From positions 1 to 25,430 of the forward strand of contig JBDGTS010000015.1 in assembly GCA_042216675.1 (NCBI GenBank): a DNA stretch of 25,430 nucleotides, read 5' to 3'. Source of the stretch: Halobacteriaceae archaeon (GTDB lineage: Archaea > Halobacteriota > Halobacteria > Halobacteriales > Halobacteriaceae). The translations under genes and the position numbers were made by a program. The notes beneath the pieces are model-generated. The model was not told where the DNA came from. It did not search any database and was given only the letters and a program-made list of their open reading frames with translations. Below are positions 1 to 10,048 of this stretch, one piece after another. Every line of letters starts with the position of its first letter. Position 1 is the stretch's first letter.

Positions 1-2
1 AC

Positions 3-254
<252 letters not shown>

Positions 255-258
255 CCAC

Positions 259-285
259 CTTTTTCGCTCGACGCGAGCGAAAAAG
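259..285. repeat. Perfect 12-bp inverted repeat (CTTTTTCGCTCG-acg-CGAGCGAAAAAG)
   Basis: 259-270 is the exact reverse complement of 274-285, 3-nt loop, just after the thi4 stop. Confidence 0.85.
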
Positions 286-355
286 CTGGACCAAAAAGGC
301 GGCGCGGCAGAGCCACGCCGTCCGCTACGGCCCGTGTCACAGTCGTCTGTCCCCT

Positions 356-385
356 CGGCCGGTGGCCTCACTACCGGCCGTTTTT
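356..385 (+). terminator. Putative terminator: GC-rich hairpin followed by T5
   Basis: CGGCCGGTGG (356-365) pairs with CTACCGGCCG (371-380) with one G-U pair, followed by TTTTT (381-385), between convergent genes. Confidence 0.45.
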
Positions 386-411
386 CTGCGGCTCTCAGCC
401 GAGAGCGGCCG

Positions 412-2103
412 CTATCCCCGGTCCACGAACTCCACGCCCTCCACGGCGAAGCGCGTGCCGCCCATCGGACTCTCATCGGCTGTCACCGACCAGCCGTGGG
501 CCTCCGCGACGGCGTCGACGATGGCGAGGCCGAAGCCCGTGCCCCCGGTGGAACTGAAGCCGTACTCGAAAATCTGGTCTCGCTCGTCTTCGGGGACGCC
601 CGGCCCGTCGTCCTCGACGCAGAAGCCGTCGTCCAGAGTGCGCACGCGCACCGTTTCGGCATCCACCTCCACGGCGTTCCGAAACAGGTTCTCCAGCATC
701 GTCTGGAGGCGGGAGGCGTCGGCGCGGACCTCGACGCCCTCGGCCACGTCGTTGTCGAGGGCCGCGTCGTCGGTGGCCGTCGTCGCCCACGCGTCCGCGA
801 CGGCGACACTGAGCGAAACGCGTTCGGGGTCCTCGATGGTTTCGCCCTCCCGCGAGAGGGTGAGCAGGTCGTCGATCGTCTCCTCGATGCGCCCGAGGGC
901 GTCGAGCGCCGTTCCGAGGTTCTCGGACTCGCGGCGCTCCTGTTCGAGTTCGACGCGGCCCGTCGCGACGGCCACGGGGTTCCGCAAGTCGTGTGAGAGG
1001 ACGCTCGCGAACCGCTCCAGTTGCGCCGTCTTCCGCTCCAAACTCGCGGCGTACGCCTCGATTTCGGTCACGTCCCGGAGCAGAAGCGCGTACCCCCGGG
1101 GTTCCCCGCCGCTGGCGATCTCGGAGACGGACACCCGGAGCGTCCGTTCCTCGCCGTCGGCGGTCACCTCGATGGCCGACGCGAACGGGCCGTCAGAGCC
1201 GTTCCGGAAGTCTTCGACGACGTCGAGGTCGGGACAGTCGGCCGCACCCACCAGCGCGGGGTAGATGTCGTCGAGTCGGTCCGAGACGTGGCCGTCTACG
1301 TCGGGGAACAGCGCCCCTGCACGGCCGTTGAAGTCCACGAGGCGGCGCTCCGCGTCCACGACGAGGATGGCGTCGTCCAGCACCGAGAACAGGCGGTCCC
1401 GGGCGAGGGGTGCGACGCCGAACGTGGGGTTCCGGAACAGCGACAGGCCGACGATGATGCCGAAGACGCCGGCACCGTAGACGCCGTAGGGAACTCCCTT
1501 CGCGGGAAGGGACCCCGAGTTCGCGGCGAACGCGGGGACGAACACGGCGACCATTCCGACGAGTAGCCCCGCCGACTGCCACTTCGAGGCGCGCCGGGCG
1601 AACAGATGCATCCTGAGGAGGAGCAGAAAGCCCGCGAGGGTGAGGAGGTTCGCCACGCTCACGAACGTCCCTCCGAGCGGCGTCGGTTGGACGCTGTAAT
1701 GGACGAACGGCTCCGTTAGCCGCACCGGGGCGGCGAAGAAGGCGCCGTGGAGCGGGTCCGTCAGGAGAAGCGCGCTCGGCCCGGCCACCGCGACGCCCAA
1801 AAGCGCCCACGTCGTCGGGGTGAGCCAGTACTCTCGCCCCGAGTAGTAGACGGCGAACGTGAACCAGACGACGGGATTGGCGAGGACGAACAGCCACCAG
1901 ACGGCGGCGAACGCCCGCGCCGTCGTCGGGTCGCCGGCGAGCAACTGGGCGCCGGCCGCCGTCGCCATCACGACGTGCGTGCCGAGGAGGATTCCCATCA
2001 CCGTCCCCGCCCTGTCGTCGGTCCGCCGGTGGACCCACCACGCAGCGACGGCCGAGACGACGGCCGTGAGGAGAAAGCCCACGAGGTGCGCGGCGTACAA
2101 CAC
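412..2103 (-). CDS. Membrane sensor histidine kinase (N-terminal 7TM region, PAS-like domain, HisKA/HATPase)
   Basis: Real part of the 1296-aa ORF, probable GTG start at 2103. About 7 hydrophobic segments, PAS-like LDDAILVVDAERRLVDFN, H-box SHDLRNP, N-box ENLFRNA, G1 EDDGPG, F-box IFEYGFS, G2 GTGFGL. Confidence 0.92.
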   Translation of the reverse strand: MLYAAHLVGFLLTAVVSAVAAWWVHRRTDDRAGTVMGILLGTHVVMATAAGAQLLAGDPTTARAFAAVWWLFVLANPVVWFTFAVYYSGREYWLTPTTWALLGVAVAGPSALLLTDPLHGAFFAAPVRLTEPFVHYSVQPTPLGGTFVSVANLLTLAGFLLLLRMHLFARRASKWQSAGLLVGMVAVFVPAFAANSGSLPAKGVPYGVYGAGVFGIIVGLSLFRNPTFGVAPLARDRLFSVLDDAILVVDAERRLVDFNGRAGALFPDVDGHVSDRLDDIYPALVGAADCPDLDVVEDFRNGSDGPFASAIEVTADGEERTLRVSVSEIASGGEPRGYALLLRDVTEIEAYAASLERKTAQLERFASVLSHDLRNPVAVATGRVELEQERRESENLGTALDALGRIEETIDDLLTLSREGETIEDPERVSLSVAVADAWATTATDDAALDNDVAEGVEVRADASRLQTMLENLFRNAVEVDAETVRVRTLDDGFCVEDDGPGVPEDERDQIFEYGFSSTGGTGFGLAIVDAVAEAHGWSVTADESPMGGTRFAVEGVEFVDRG

Positions 2104-2178
2104 ACCTCGGCTTCCCCCCTGACTGTGATAGTAGTTCCGGCCCCCGGAGTTTAGTTCGTTCGCGCCGCAGTACCCGCC

Positions 2179-3105
2179 ATGGCTACGGACGGCGACGCGG
2201 ACGAATTTGACCACGACGTGGAGTCTGCGGTGGTGACGGGTGCGGTCGGACAGGTCGGTTCGTGGGTCGTGGAGCGACTGGCCGACGCCGGCGTCGACGT
2301 GGTCGGCATCGACCGCGAGCGTCCCGAGGGGACGCGGTTCAACGCCCGGTTCCGCGCGGTGGACCTCACCGAACAGGGGCCCACCGCGGAGACGATGCAG
2401 GAGATAAATCCTGACGCTGTCGTTCACTTCGCGGCCACCTCGAACCCACTCGACGCGCCGGGGACCGCGGTGTACGAGAACAACGTCCAGAGCACCTACA
2501 ACACCCTCGTCGCGGCGGGCCGGGCCGACGCCGAGGTGGTGTGGGCGTCCTCGCAGGCGGCGTACGGGATGCTGTTCGCCGAGGAGCCATGGGTCCCCGA
2601 CTACCTCCCGGTCGACGAGGCCCACGAGTTCCGGCCCGAGGACCCCTACGGTGCCTCGAAGGTCTGTGGCGAGGGGATTGCGGACATGGTGGCCCGGCGC
2701 TACGACGTGCCCGTCACGTCGCTCCGGCCCGCCACCATCTACACGCCGGGCGAGTACCGCGCCCGGCCGAAGACGGAGGACTTCGACCTCTCCTCGGCGG
2801 AACTCAGCGGCAACTTCTGGTCCTACGTCGACGTGCGCGACGTGGCGCGGATGGTCGAAGCGGCCCTCGCCGCCGACTACGCGGGCCACGAGGCCTTCAA
2901 CTGCGTCGCCGACGAGAACTATCTGGGCCACCCGACGGCCGACCTCATCGAGGCGACGGGCCACGACTTGCCCCCGGAGTGCCACCTCGACGGCGAGGCG
3001 GCGGCACTCGACAACGAGAAGGCCGCCGAGATGCTGGGCTGGGAGCCACGCCACGCGTGGCACGAAGTCGAGGGCGTCGAACCCGTCTCGCTCGACTGGC
3101 TCTGA
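2179..3105 (+). CDS. NAD-dependent epimerase/dehydratase (extended SDR)
   Basis: VTGAVGQVG Rossmann motif, VVHFAA, ASS, catalytic YGASK (YxxxK), YVDVRDVA, LGWEP. Confidence 0.92.
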   Translation: MATDGDADEFDHDVESAVVTGAVGQVGSWVVERLADAGVDVVGIDRERPEGTRFNARFRAVDLTEQGPTAETMQEINPDAVVHFAATSNPLDAPGTAVYENNVQSTYNTLVAAGRADAEVVWASSQAAYGMLFAEEPWVPDYLPVDEAHEFRPEDPYGASKVCGEGIADMVARRYDVPVTSLRPATIYTPGEYRARPKTEDFDLSSAELSGNFWSYVDVRDVARMVEAALAADYAGHEAFNCVADENYLGHPTADLIEATGHDLPPECHLDGEAAALDNEKAAEMLGWEPRHAWHEVEGVEPVSLDWL

Positions 3106-3144
3106 ACGCGGCGCTTTTGTATCGGGTGGTACAAGCCCGTGGTG

Positions 3145-3912
3145 ATGGCGGACCTCGACCGCGTCGTCCTCTACCGGGCGCCGACGACAGTTGCGGACGC
3201 CGATGAGATAGCCGAGTGGCTTCGGGACCGGGTGGACGCGCCGGTGACCGTTCGCGGGCGCTTTCTGGACCAGTACGGCGACGACGCTCTCGCCGAGGCG
3301 TTCGCGCGGGCCCGCGTCCTCTCGCCCCACGAGCGAGAGACGGGCAACGAGATGCTCGGCATCGTGCGCTACGAGGAACGCGCGCTGGACCACCCCGAAC
3401 GGGAGGGCGGCGTCCTCTACGACGGCTTCGCGATTCAGCGAGCGCTCAACGAGCGGCTTCCGGCGGACGAGCGGGGGCTGGACACCGCGCACGTCGTCCT
3501 CCTCGACAGAGCGCTCGGGACGTGGGGCGACCACGACGGCCGCTGGCACAAGCGCGTGAACGTCCTCGGCCACCCGGGCCTCGTCTCCGTCCCGGGGCTC
3601 TACGAGGCGCCGGCCAAGCCCGAGCAGTACTACAAGGAACAGCAGAAACACGCCCTGCTCTCCGGCGACACGCCGCCCCGCGAGGTCCTCGAAAGCGAGG
3701 TGGAGGGTGAGTTCCTCGTCGAGGACGACCCCCGGACGACGGCGGCGCTGAAGGGGTACGCGCTCCAAGTCGTTCACTCCCTCGCGACGGGCGAGGGGTT
3801 CTGTGAGACCGAGGGGTGTCGGCTCTCGAACCCGCACCGTCAGCCGGGTGTCGTCGAGGCCCAACTGCGGGACCCCGAGTTCTGCGACGCGCACGCCGCC
3901 CGCTACGGCTAG
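3145..3912 (+). CDS. Conserved haloarchaeal protein with archaemetzincin-like C-terminus (DUF7001-like)
   Basis: Acidic ORF with TTTTGTA about 25-30 nt upstream; start ATG 3145 or GTG 3139; C-terminal C-x4-C-x21-C-x2-H motif. Confidence 0.7.
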   Translation: MADLDRVVLYRAPTTVADADEIAEWLRDRVDAPVTVRGRFLDQYGDDALAEAFARARVLSPHERETGNEMLGIVRYEERALDHPEREGGVLYDGFAIQRALNERLPADERGLDTAHVVLLDRALGTWGDHDGRWHKRVNVLGHPGLVSVPGLYEAPAKPEQYYKEQQKHALLSGDTPPREVLESEVEGEFLVEDDPRTTAALKGYALQVVHSLATGEGFCETEGCRLSNPHRQPGVVEAQLRDPEFCDAHAARYG

Positions 3913-4571
3913 ACGCGGCCGACGGTGAGGCGCACGACGCCCAGCGCCCGGCGCTCCGTGACGGTCTGTGTCCGCGCCGCGAGTTCGCCGTGGGCGGCCC
4001 GCACGCGCCGCGCCAGCCGTTTTGCCGCCGGTTCCTCGCGCTCGAACTTCCCCGGGTTCGCCAGCCACACGAACCCGCGGAGCGCCAGATTCAGCGGCGC
4101 CGCGGCGGTGCGCGGACTCGGCGCGGCGTCGAGGAGCGCGAGCCGTCCGTCCCGGCCCAGTACGTCGAGCCACGACGCCACGGCGTCGGCCGGGTCGTCG
4201 AGCATCCCGACGAGGAACGAGGCCACCACGGCGTCCGCGCGCCCCGTCGGGGGAAGCGGCGGGTCGGCCGCGTCGGCCCGGCAGACGTGGACGTTCGTCC
4301 ACTCAGCCGCCCGGTCACGGGCCCGCGCGAGCATCGCGCCCGTCACGTCGACCCCGACGACGCGTCCCGCGGCCCCGACGCGCTCGCGGAGATGCGGGAA
4401 GTTCGCACCGGTGCCACAGCCCAAATCGACTACGGTGTCGCCGGGTGAGAGCCCCAGTCGGTCGGCCGCCCGCGCCCGGAGCGACCCGACGCCGGGCGTG
4501 TACGTCGCTACGGCGTCGTAGAGGGCCGCCCAGCGAGCGTAGAAGCGGCGGGTGGCGGCGAGTCGGGACAC
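3909..4571 (-). CDS. Class I SAM-dependent methyltransferase (UbiE-like)
   Basis: Motif I VVDLGCGTG, VVGVDVTGAML, ADA, ADAVVASF; N-terminal FYARWAALYD. Confidence 0.88.
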   Translation of the reverse strand: MSRLAATRRFYARWAALYDAVATYTPGVGSLRARAADRLGLSPGDTVVDLGCGTGANFPHLRERVGAAGRVVGVDVTGAMLARARDRAAEWTNVHVCRADAADPPLPPTGRADAVVASFLVGMLDDPADAVASWLDVLGRDGRLALLDAAPSPRTAAAPLNLALRGFVWLANPGKFEREEPAAKRLARRVRAAHGELAARTQTVTERRALGVVRLTVGRV

Positions 4572-4601
4572 GCCCGAACTTCGGCCGGCAGGGGCAAAAA
4601 C

Positions 4602-5498
4602 CTACAGCAGTTCGCGGGCCATCGCCACCGCGCCCTCCGCGTCGTCGGCGAGGAGGTAGACGATGGGTTCGACGCCGTAGCCGCCCGTCTGGTAGATGAC
4701 GCGCGTCTCGGGGTGGTCGTCCATCGCCGCGCCGACGGCTGCGGCGGCGTCGTCGTACTCGGCGTCGAACTCCACGGGGTCGTAGTCGGCCAGCGTCTCG
4801 ATTACCTCCGGGTCGTAGCGGACGTTCAGGGCCGCTCGGGCGTCGCTCCCCGCCGCGCGCGCCGCGAGCAGAACCGTGGCGACGTGGGCGCTGACGCCGA
4901 ACTCCGGGTCCGCGGGGATGGTCGCCCGCCCCTTCACGTCGAAGATGCGGCCCGGGACGCCCGCCACGTCCTCGACGCCCTCGGCTTCGGGCAGACACTC
5001 GACGAGGTTGCTTCCGACGTTCGGGATGAGCGACGAGACGCCGCTGGTGTTTTCGAGTGCGCGCAGGCCCCGTCGGACCGACGAGAGCGTTCGCTCGCGG
5101 CGGCGCACCGCGCTGTCGGAATCGTGGACGCGGAAGTCCCCCTCGTAGTCCGCGAGTTCGGGCATCGCGTCCTCGTGGCGGCGCGCGAGCAGGTCTCCCC
5201 GCGTCTCCAGTTCGCGGATGAGGACCTCGACCTCGACGACGGCCCCGACCTGCGTCAGGTCGCCCGTCGCCAGTCCCTCGCCGAGTCGGGCCACGAGGTC
5301 CTGCACTCGGTCGTCGGTGCGGATGGCGTCGGTCCGCGCCACGTCGCCGTGAGCGTACTTCGAGACGGCGCTCTGGCTGATACCCAGCACCTCGGCCACC
5401 TCGCTCTGGGTCAGCCCCCTGTCTCTGAGGTCCTCGGCGAGCATCGAGCGCACCGTGGGGAGAAACTCCTCCACGACGACTTCCTCGACGAACTTCAT
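4602..5498 (-). CDS. thiR: HTH-ThiN fusion, ThiR-type thiamine-phosphate-responsive regulator
   Basis: N-terminal XRE-like HTH ([21 protein letters not shown]) plus ThiN domain ([37 protein letters not shown]); thi4 lies nearby. Confidence 0.85.
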   Translation of the reverse strand: MKFVEEVVVEEFLPTVRSMLAEDLRDRGLTQSEVAEVLGISQSAVSKYAHGDVARTDAIRTDDRVQDLVARLGEGLATGDLTQVGAVVEVEVLIRELETRGDLLARRHEDAMPELADYEGDFRVHDSDSAVRRRERTLSSVRRGLRALENTSGVSSLIPNVGSNLVECLPEAEGVEDVAGVPGRIFDVKGRATIPADPEFGVSAHVATVLLAARAAGSDARAALNVRYDPEVIETLADYDPVEFDAEYDDAAAAVGAAMDDHPETRVIYQTGGYGVEPIVYLLADDAEGAVAMARELL

Positions 5499-6082
5499 TG
5501 CTCACCGCCGAACTCCCGGTCGCCGCCGATTCGGGACGCCTGCGGGCCGCTCTGGTCCTGATACTTCGAGCCCCGGTCAGCGCCGTAGGGGGTCGCGGCC
5601 GGGCTCTTGAGTTCCGTGAACGTCAACTGCGAGATGCGCATGCCGGGGTCGAGGGCGACGGGCGCGCTCCCGAGATTCGACAGTTCGAGGGTGATCTGCC
5701 CCCGGTAACCCGGGTCACAGAGGCCCGCCGTCGCGTGGACGACGATGGCGAGGCGGCCCAGCGACGAGCGCCCTTCGACGTGGGCGATCAGGTCGTCCGG
5801 GATGGCTACTCGCTCGACGGTGGTGCCCAACACGAAGTCGCCGGGGTGGAGGATGAACTCCTCGCCCTCCTCCACGACGGTTTCGGTGACGTACTCCTCG
5901 ATTTCCTGCTCGCTGTTCGGGTGGATGCAGGGGATGTTCGTGCGCTCGAACTCGAGGAACTCCCGGCCGAGGCGCAAGTCGACGCTCGCCGGCTGAATCT
6001 GCAGTTCGGGATCCGCCAGCGGCTCGATTTCGAGGTCCCCCTCGTCGAGCCGCGCGGCGATGTCCCGGTCGGAAAGTATCAT
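5495..6082 (-). CDS. dcd: dCTP deaminase
   Basis: [49 protein letters not shown]; ATGA overlap with thiR. Confidence 0.96.
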   Translation of the reverse strand: MILSDRDIAARLDEGDLEIEPLADPELQIQPASVDLRLGREFLEFERTNIPCIHPNSEQEIEEYVTETVVEEGEEFILHPGDFVLGTTVERVAIPDDLIAHVEGRSSLGRLAIVVHATAGLCDPGYRGQITLELSNLGSAPVALDPGMRISQLTFTELKSPAATPYGADRGSKYQDQSGPQASRIGGDREFGGEQ

Positions 6083-6175
6083 ACCCTCACTCCGAGTGGG
6101 CCGCGTCTAAAGGCTACGGTGCCGCTCGACGGGCCGTGACGGCAACCATTTATCGGCGGCGGGCCACCGCCCGGT

Positions 6176-6514
6176 ATGAAGCAGGCCATCGTCGCCCGCG
6201 CCGACCTCGGCATGGGCGAGGGGAAACTCGCCGCGCAGGTGGCACACGCCTCGCTGTCGGCCGTCGAGGACGCCAGCGACCGGACCAAGCGGGAGTGGCA
6301 GGGCGAGGGGCAGAAGAAGGTCGTCCTGAAGGTGAACGGCGAGGACGCCCTCTTCGAGTTGGCGGACACGGCCCGCCGCGAGGGGCTCCCCCACGCCGTC
6401 GTGCGCGACGCCGGGCACACGCAACTCGATCCGGGCACTCCCACCACGCTCGCCGTCGGGCCCGGCGAGGACGACGTGATAGACCGAGTTACCGGGGACC
6501 TCCCGCTCTACTGA
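6176..6514 (+). CDS. pth2: Peptidyl-tRNA hydrolase Pth2
   Basis: [50 protein letters not shown]; TTTATC at 6149-6154. Confidence 0.97.
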   Translation: MKQAIVARADLGMGEGKLAAQVAHASLSAVEDASDRTKREWQGEGQKKVVLKVNGEDALFELADTARREGLPHAVVRDAGHTQLDPGTPTTLAVGPGEDDVIDRVTGDLPLY

Positions 6515-7815
6515 TGGGCGTGCCCGACCTCGAACGCGCCGTCGGCATCGAGACGCGCGTCACCGACCATCCCGGCACCGGCGGGCGCCTGCGGGACAGA
6601 CACGCTGACTTCCGGGTGCGGGAAATCGAGGCGTTCGACGCCGAACCGCTCGACACCGACCCCGGCGACTACCCGTATCTGGTCGTGCGCGCGACGCTCC
6701 GCGGGTGGGACACGAACGCCTTCGTCCGCGCCCTCTCGAACGCGATGGGCATCAGCCGTCAGCGCGTCGACTGGGCGGGCACGAAGGACCGCAACGCCGT
6801 CACCACCCAACTGTTCACCGTACAGGGCGCCGCCCCGGAAGACATCCCGCGACTGGACCGCGCGGACGTGGAGGCCATCGGCCGTGCCGGCCGCGCCATC
6901 GAGTTCGGGGACCTCGCCGGCAACGACTTCGAAATCGTGGTCCGCGACGCCGACGCGCCCGAGAACGCCGCCGGCGTCACCGCGGACCTCCGCGCGTTCG
7001 GCGGCGGCGAGGCGGGCGTCCCCAACTGGTTCGGGCAGCAGCGCTTCGGGAGCAAGCGCCCCGTCACCCACGAGGTGGGCCTCGCCATCGTCGCCGGTGA
7101 CTGGGAGCGTGCAGTCATGACGTACGTCGGCAACCCCGCCGAGCACGAACCCGAGAGCACCCGCGAGGCCCGCACGTTCGTCGAGGAGACGCGGGACTGG
7201 CAGGCGGCCCTCGACCGGTTCCCGTCCCGCCTCGGCCACGAGCGCTCGATGCTCCACGCACTCGCGGCGGGTGGGTCGTTCCGCGACGCCCTCGACGAAC
7301 TGCCGTGGAACCTCCAGCGTCTGTTCGTCAACGCCGCGCAGTCCTACGCCTTCAACCGGATGGTGAGCGAGCGACTGGCCCGCGGCCTCCCATTCGACCG
7401 GCCGGTGGCCGGCGACGTAGTGTGCTTCTCGACGCAGGAGGGCGGCCTGACCGTTCCAGACCCCGACCGGACCCAGCGGGTGGGCGCCGACCGGGTGGAG
7501 ACGGTGACACGGCACTGTGAGCGCGGCCGGGCGTTCGTCACGATGCCCCTCGTCGGCACCGAGACGGAACTCGCGGAGGGGGACCAAGGCGACATCGAGC
7601 GCGAGGTGTTGGACGAGGTGGGCATCGAACCCGGTGACTTCGACCTTCCGGACCCCTACGACTCGACGGGAACGCGGCGCGCGGCCCTCGTGCGGACTGC
7701 CCTCGACGCGGCTCGGGACGGCGACAGTTTGACGTTCGACTTCGCGCTCCCGAAGGGGTCGTACGCGACGGCGCTCCTCCGCGAGTATCTGCAGGGCAGT
7801 CCCATCGACCGCTGA
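6514..7815 (+). CDS. truD: tRNA pseudouridine(13) synthase TruD
   Basis: ATG at 6514 overlaps the pth2 stop (TGATG); [20 protein letters not shown] (catalytic Asp), [28 protein letters not shown]. Confidence 0.96.
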   Translation: MGVPDLERAVGIETRVTDHPGTGGRLRDRHADFRVREIEAFDAEPLDTDPGDYPYLVVRATLRGWDTNAFVRALSNAMGISRQRVDWAGTKDRNAVTTQLFTVQGAAPEDIPRLDRADVEAIGRAGRAIEFGDLAGNDFEIVVRDADAPENAAGVTADLRAFGGGEAGVPNWFGQQRFGSKRPVTHEVGLAIVAGDWERAVMTYVGNPAEHEPESTREARTFVEETRDWQAALDRFPSRLGHERSMLHALAAGGSFRDALDELPWNLQRLFVNAAQSYAFNRMVSERLARGLPFDRPVAGDVVCFSTQEGGLTVPDPDRTQRVGADRVETVTRHCERGRAFVTMPLVGTETELAEGDQGDIEREVLDEVGIEPGDFDLPDPYDSTGTRRAALVRTALDAARDGDSLTFDFALPKGSYATALLREYLQGSPIDR

Positions 7816-7854
7816 CCCGAGACGCTTTTCGGCGCCCGCGGCCAATCGGGGGAC

Positions 7855-8574
7855 ATGGAGTGTCGGCGGTGCGCGACGCCACTCGACAGGCCGGGCGACT
7901 ACTGTTTAGTCTGTGACACCGCCAACGCCGACGCCGTCGTCGTCGCCGCCGACAGGGACCGCGCCGAGGTGACGATGCTCTACGAGGAGTCCGACGTGGG
8001 CACGACGACGGTGACGACGACGCCCGAAGCCGACGCCGAGACCGAGCCCATCGAACTGCGCAACTTCGCGGGCCGGGTGGCCGACGAAGTGCGCAGAAAG
8101 CGCCCCGACGACGTGTTCGCGGCCGGGGACCGCGAGGTGCTGAACGCCCTGCGGAGCGCCCTCCACTACCGCCTCTCGCGCGTGCCGGACGACGACCCGG
8201 TGAGCGCCGTCATCGACCGGCGGGGGGAGCGCTCGCTGGCCGTCGTCGAGAAAGCGCCCGGCGAGAAACTCGGCGGGTCGCACTCGACGCTCATCGGCGG
8301 GCGCGACGGGCAACGCGCCATCACGGAGGTGGCGGCCCACCCGAACGTGAAGAAGGTGATTCCCGGCCCCATCGACGCCAGCGGCGGGAGCGCGGAGGGC
8401 GGCCTCCACGCGAAGGTGACCCGTGCGGGCACGAACGGCAACGTCCGCCTGCTCCTCCGGGACGGGTCGAGCGTGCAGGAGAACCGCATCGTCACGACGG
8501 CGATGGACCGCGAATCCGGCGAACGCGTCCGCGCCGACTTGGATGAGGCGCTCCACGACGCCGACTTGCACTAG
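7855..8574 (+). CDS. Zinc-ribbon protein with DUF2103-like C-terminal domain
   Basis: N-terminal CRRC...CLVC; C-terminal KLGGSHSTLIGG...KKVIPGPI...DGSSVQE. Confidence 0.78.
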   Translation: MECRRCATPLDRPGDYCLVCDTANADAVVVAADRDRAEVTMLYEESDVGTTTVTTTPEADAETEPIELRNFAGRVADEVRRKRPDDVFAAGDREVLNALRSALHYRLSRVPDDDPVSAVIDRRGERSLAVVEKAPGEKLGGSHSTLIGGRDGQRAITEVAAHPNVKKVIPGPIDASGGSAEGGLHAKVTRAGTNGNVRLLLRDGSSVQENRIVTTAMDRESGERVRADLDEALHDADLH

Positions 8575-9528
8575 TCGGGCAGGAGGACGCGTGGCACCAT
8601 CTGCGTGAGCGTCACCATCCCCGCCAGTTCCACGAGCGTCTGGGTCACGACGACGACGGGCACGAGTTCGTACCCCGCCGGGAGCGCCAGCGCCAGCGGC
8701 AACACGACGAGCGAGTTCCGCGTCACCGCGGTGAACACGAGCGCCCGCCCCTCGCCGGCGGGCATCGAGAGCGCTCCGGCGAGCGCCCGCGCGAGCAACG
8801 GCATCACGATGAGGAAGGCGACGTAGACGGGCACGACGGCCGCGATGTCGCCCAGCGAGGCCCGGACGCGGGGGAACTGCAAGCCAACGACGACGAACAG
8901 CGTCGCCGCCATCATCGGCACGGGGAGCCATCCAAGCCGTCGGCGGACGCGCACGCCCGTCTCCGAGCGCTCGGCCCACAGTTCCGTGAGCCACGCCAGC
9001 GTCAGCGGCGCGGCGACGAGCGTGAGAAAGGCGGTGACGAACGGCTCTGCCTCGATGGCCGCTGCCACGTGCTCGCCGACGAACAGCCAGAGGTAGAGGC
9101 AACAGGAGCAGTTGCAGCACCATCAGCGCCGGCGTCGCGGCCGTCACCTGTTCGGCGTCGCCCCCAGCGAGGCCGGTGAACGTGATGACGTAGTCGATGC
9201 AGGGCGTCAGCAGGACGAACAGCGCCCCCAGCCGAACCGTCGGGGAGAGCGGCGCGACCCGGGTCAGCGCCCACGCGACGGCGGGCACGAAGAGGAAGTT
9301 CAGCGCCAGCGCCGCCGCCATGAAGCGCCCGTTCGTGAACGCCGCTCGGAAGCGCACGAACGGGACTTCGAGGAAGGTGACGAACAGCAACACGGCCAGC
9401 ACGGGTTCGACGAGCGCCTCGAGGGTCGGCGCCGCGCCCGGCCGGCCGACGCCGACGGCGAGCGCACCGGCCACCGCGACGGCGTAGGCGGCGACCTGAT
9501 GGCGTCTGAGCCACGCGCCCGAGTCCAC
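8571..9528 (-). pseudogene. ACR3/bile acid:Na+ symporter family transporter, frameshifted near 9099
   Basis: 5' frame 9528-9100 (LFVTFLEVPF, LNFLFVP, LLTPCIDYVITFT, QLLLL) continues in a second frame 9098-8571 (LYLWLFVG..., TRNSLVVLPLALALP, VVTQTLVEL) after one unassigned base. Confidence 0.82.
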
Positions 9529-9620
9529 GGGCGGCCTACTTCGCGGGCACGGAAACCGGCGGCGGTGTCGGTCCGCGACTCGTAGCGTTTATGTGCGCGG
9601 GACGGCCAATTCCTCATACT

Positions 9621-9908
9621 ATGCCCAAGGGAGCACGCACCGGTAGCGCGGGTCGCTTCGGCGCTCGGTACGGCCGAGTCGCCCGACGTCGCGTCGCCGA
9701 CATCGAGGCCGACACGAACGAGGACCACACCTGCCCGTCGTGTGGCGAGGACGCCGTGGACCGCGCCGGCACCGGCATCTGGGAATGCAACTCCTGCGAC
9801 CACAAGTTCGCCGGCGGCGCGTACCGGCCCGAGACGCCGGGCGGTCGCACCGTCCAGCGCTCCATCCGGAGCGCGCTCTCGGAGGAGGGCGAGGAGAACG
9901 AGGCCTGA
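9621..9908 (+). CDS. rpl37ae: 50S ribosomal protein L37Ae (eL43)
   Basis: [16 protein letters not shown]...[16 protein letters not shown]; ATG 9621 with TTTATG upstream. Confidence 0.97.
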   Translation: MPKGARTGSAGRFGARYGRVARRRVADIEADTNEDHTCPSCGEDAVDRAGTGIWECNSCDHKFAGGAYRPETPGGRTVQRSIRSALSEEGEENEA

Positions 9909-9909
9909 C

Positions 9910-10044
9910 ATGAGCTACAAGTGCTCCCGCTGCAAGCGCGACGTGGAACTCGACGAGTACGGCGGCGTCCGCTGTCCGTACTGCGGCCACCGCGTGCTGT
10001 TGAAGGAGCGCAGTCAGGACGTGAAGGAAGTCGACGTGCAGTAG
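9910..10044 (+). CDS. rpoP: RNA polymerase subunit P (Rpo12)
   Basis: [34 protein letters not shown], 44 aa, directly after rpl37ae. Confidence 0.96.
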   Translation: MSYKCSRCKRDVELDEYGGVRCPYCGHRVLLKERSQDVKEVDVQ

Positions 10045-10048
10045 GGCC

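Noticed and set aside
2104-4302. N-terminal ~730 aa of the 1296-aa minus-strand ORF, suggesting a giant kinase
   Set aside because: It is the antisense shadow of the epimerase and DUF7001-like genes plus an off-frame read of the methyltransferase; kinase-like sequence begins only at 2103.
6136-6513. N-terminal extension of TruD in the 559-aa ORF
   Set aside because: Arg-rich off-frame read of pth2; the TGATG overlap marks the real start at 6514.
7906-9099. C-terminal part of the 540-aa ORF as a long transporter tail
   Set aside because: Post-frameshift sequence; the real transporter continues in the other frame to 8571.
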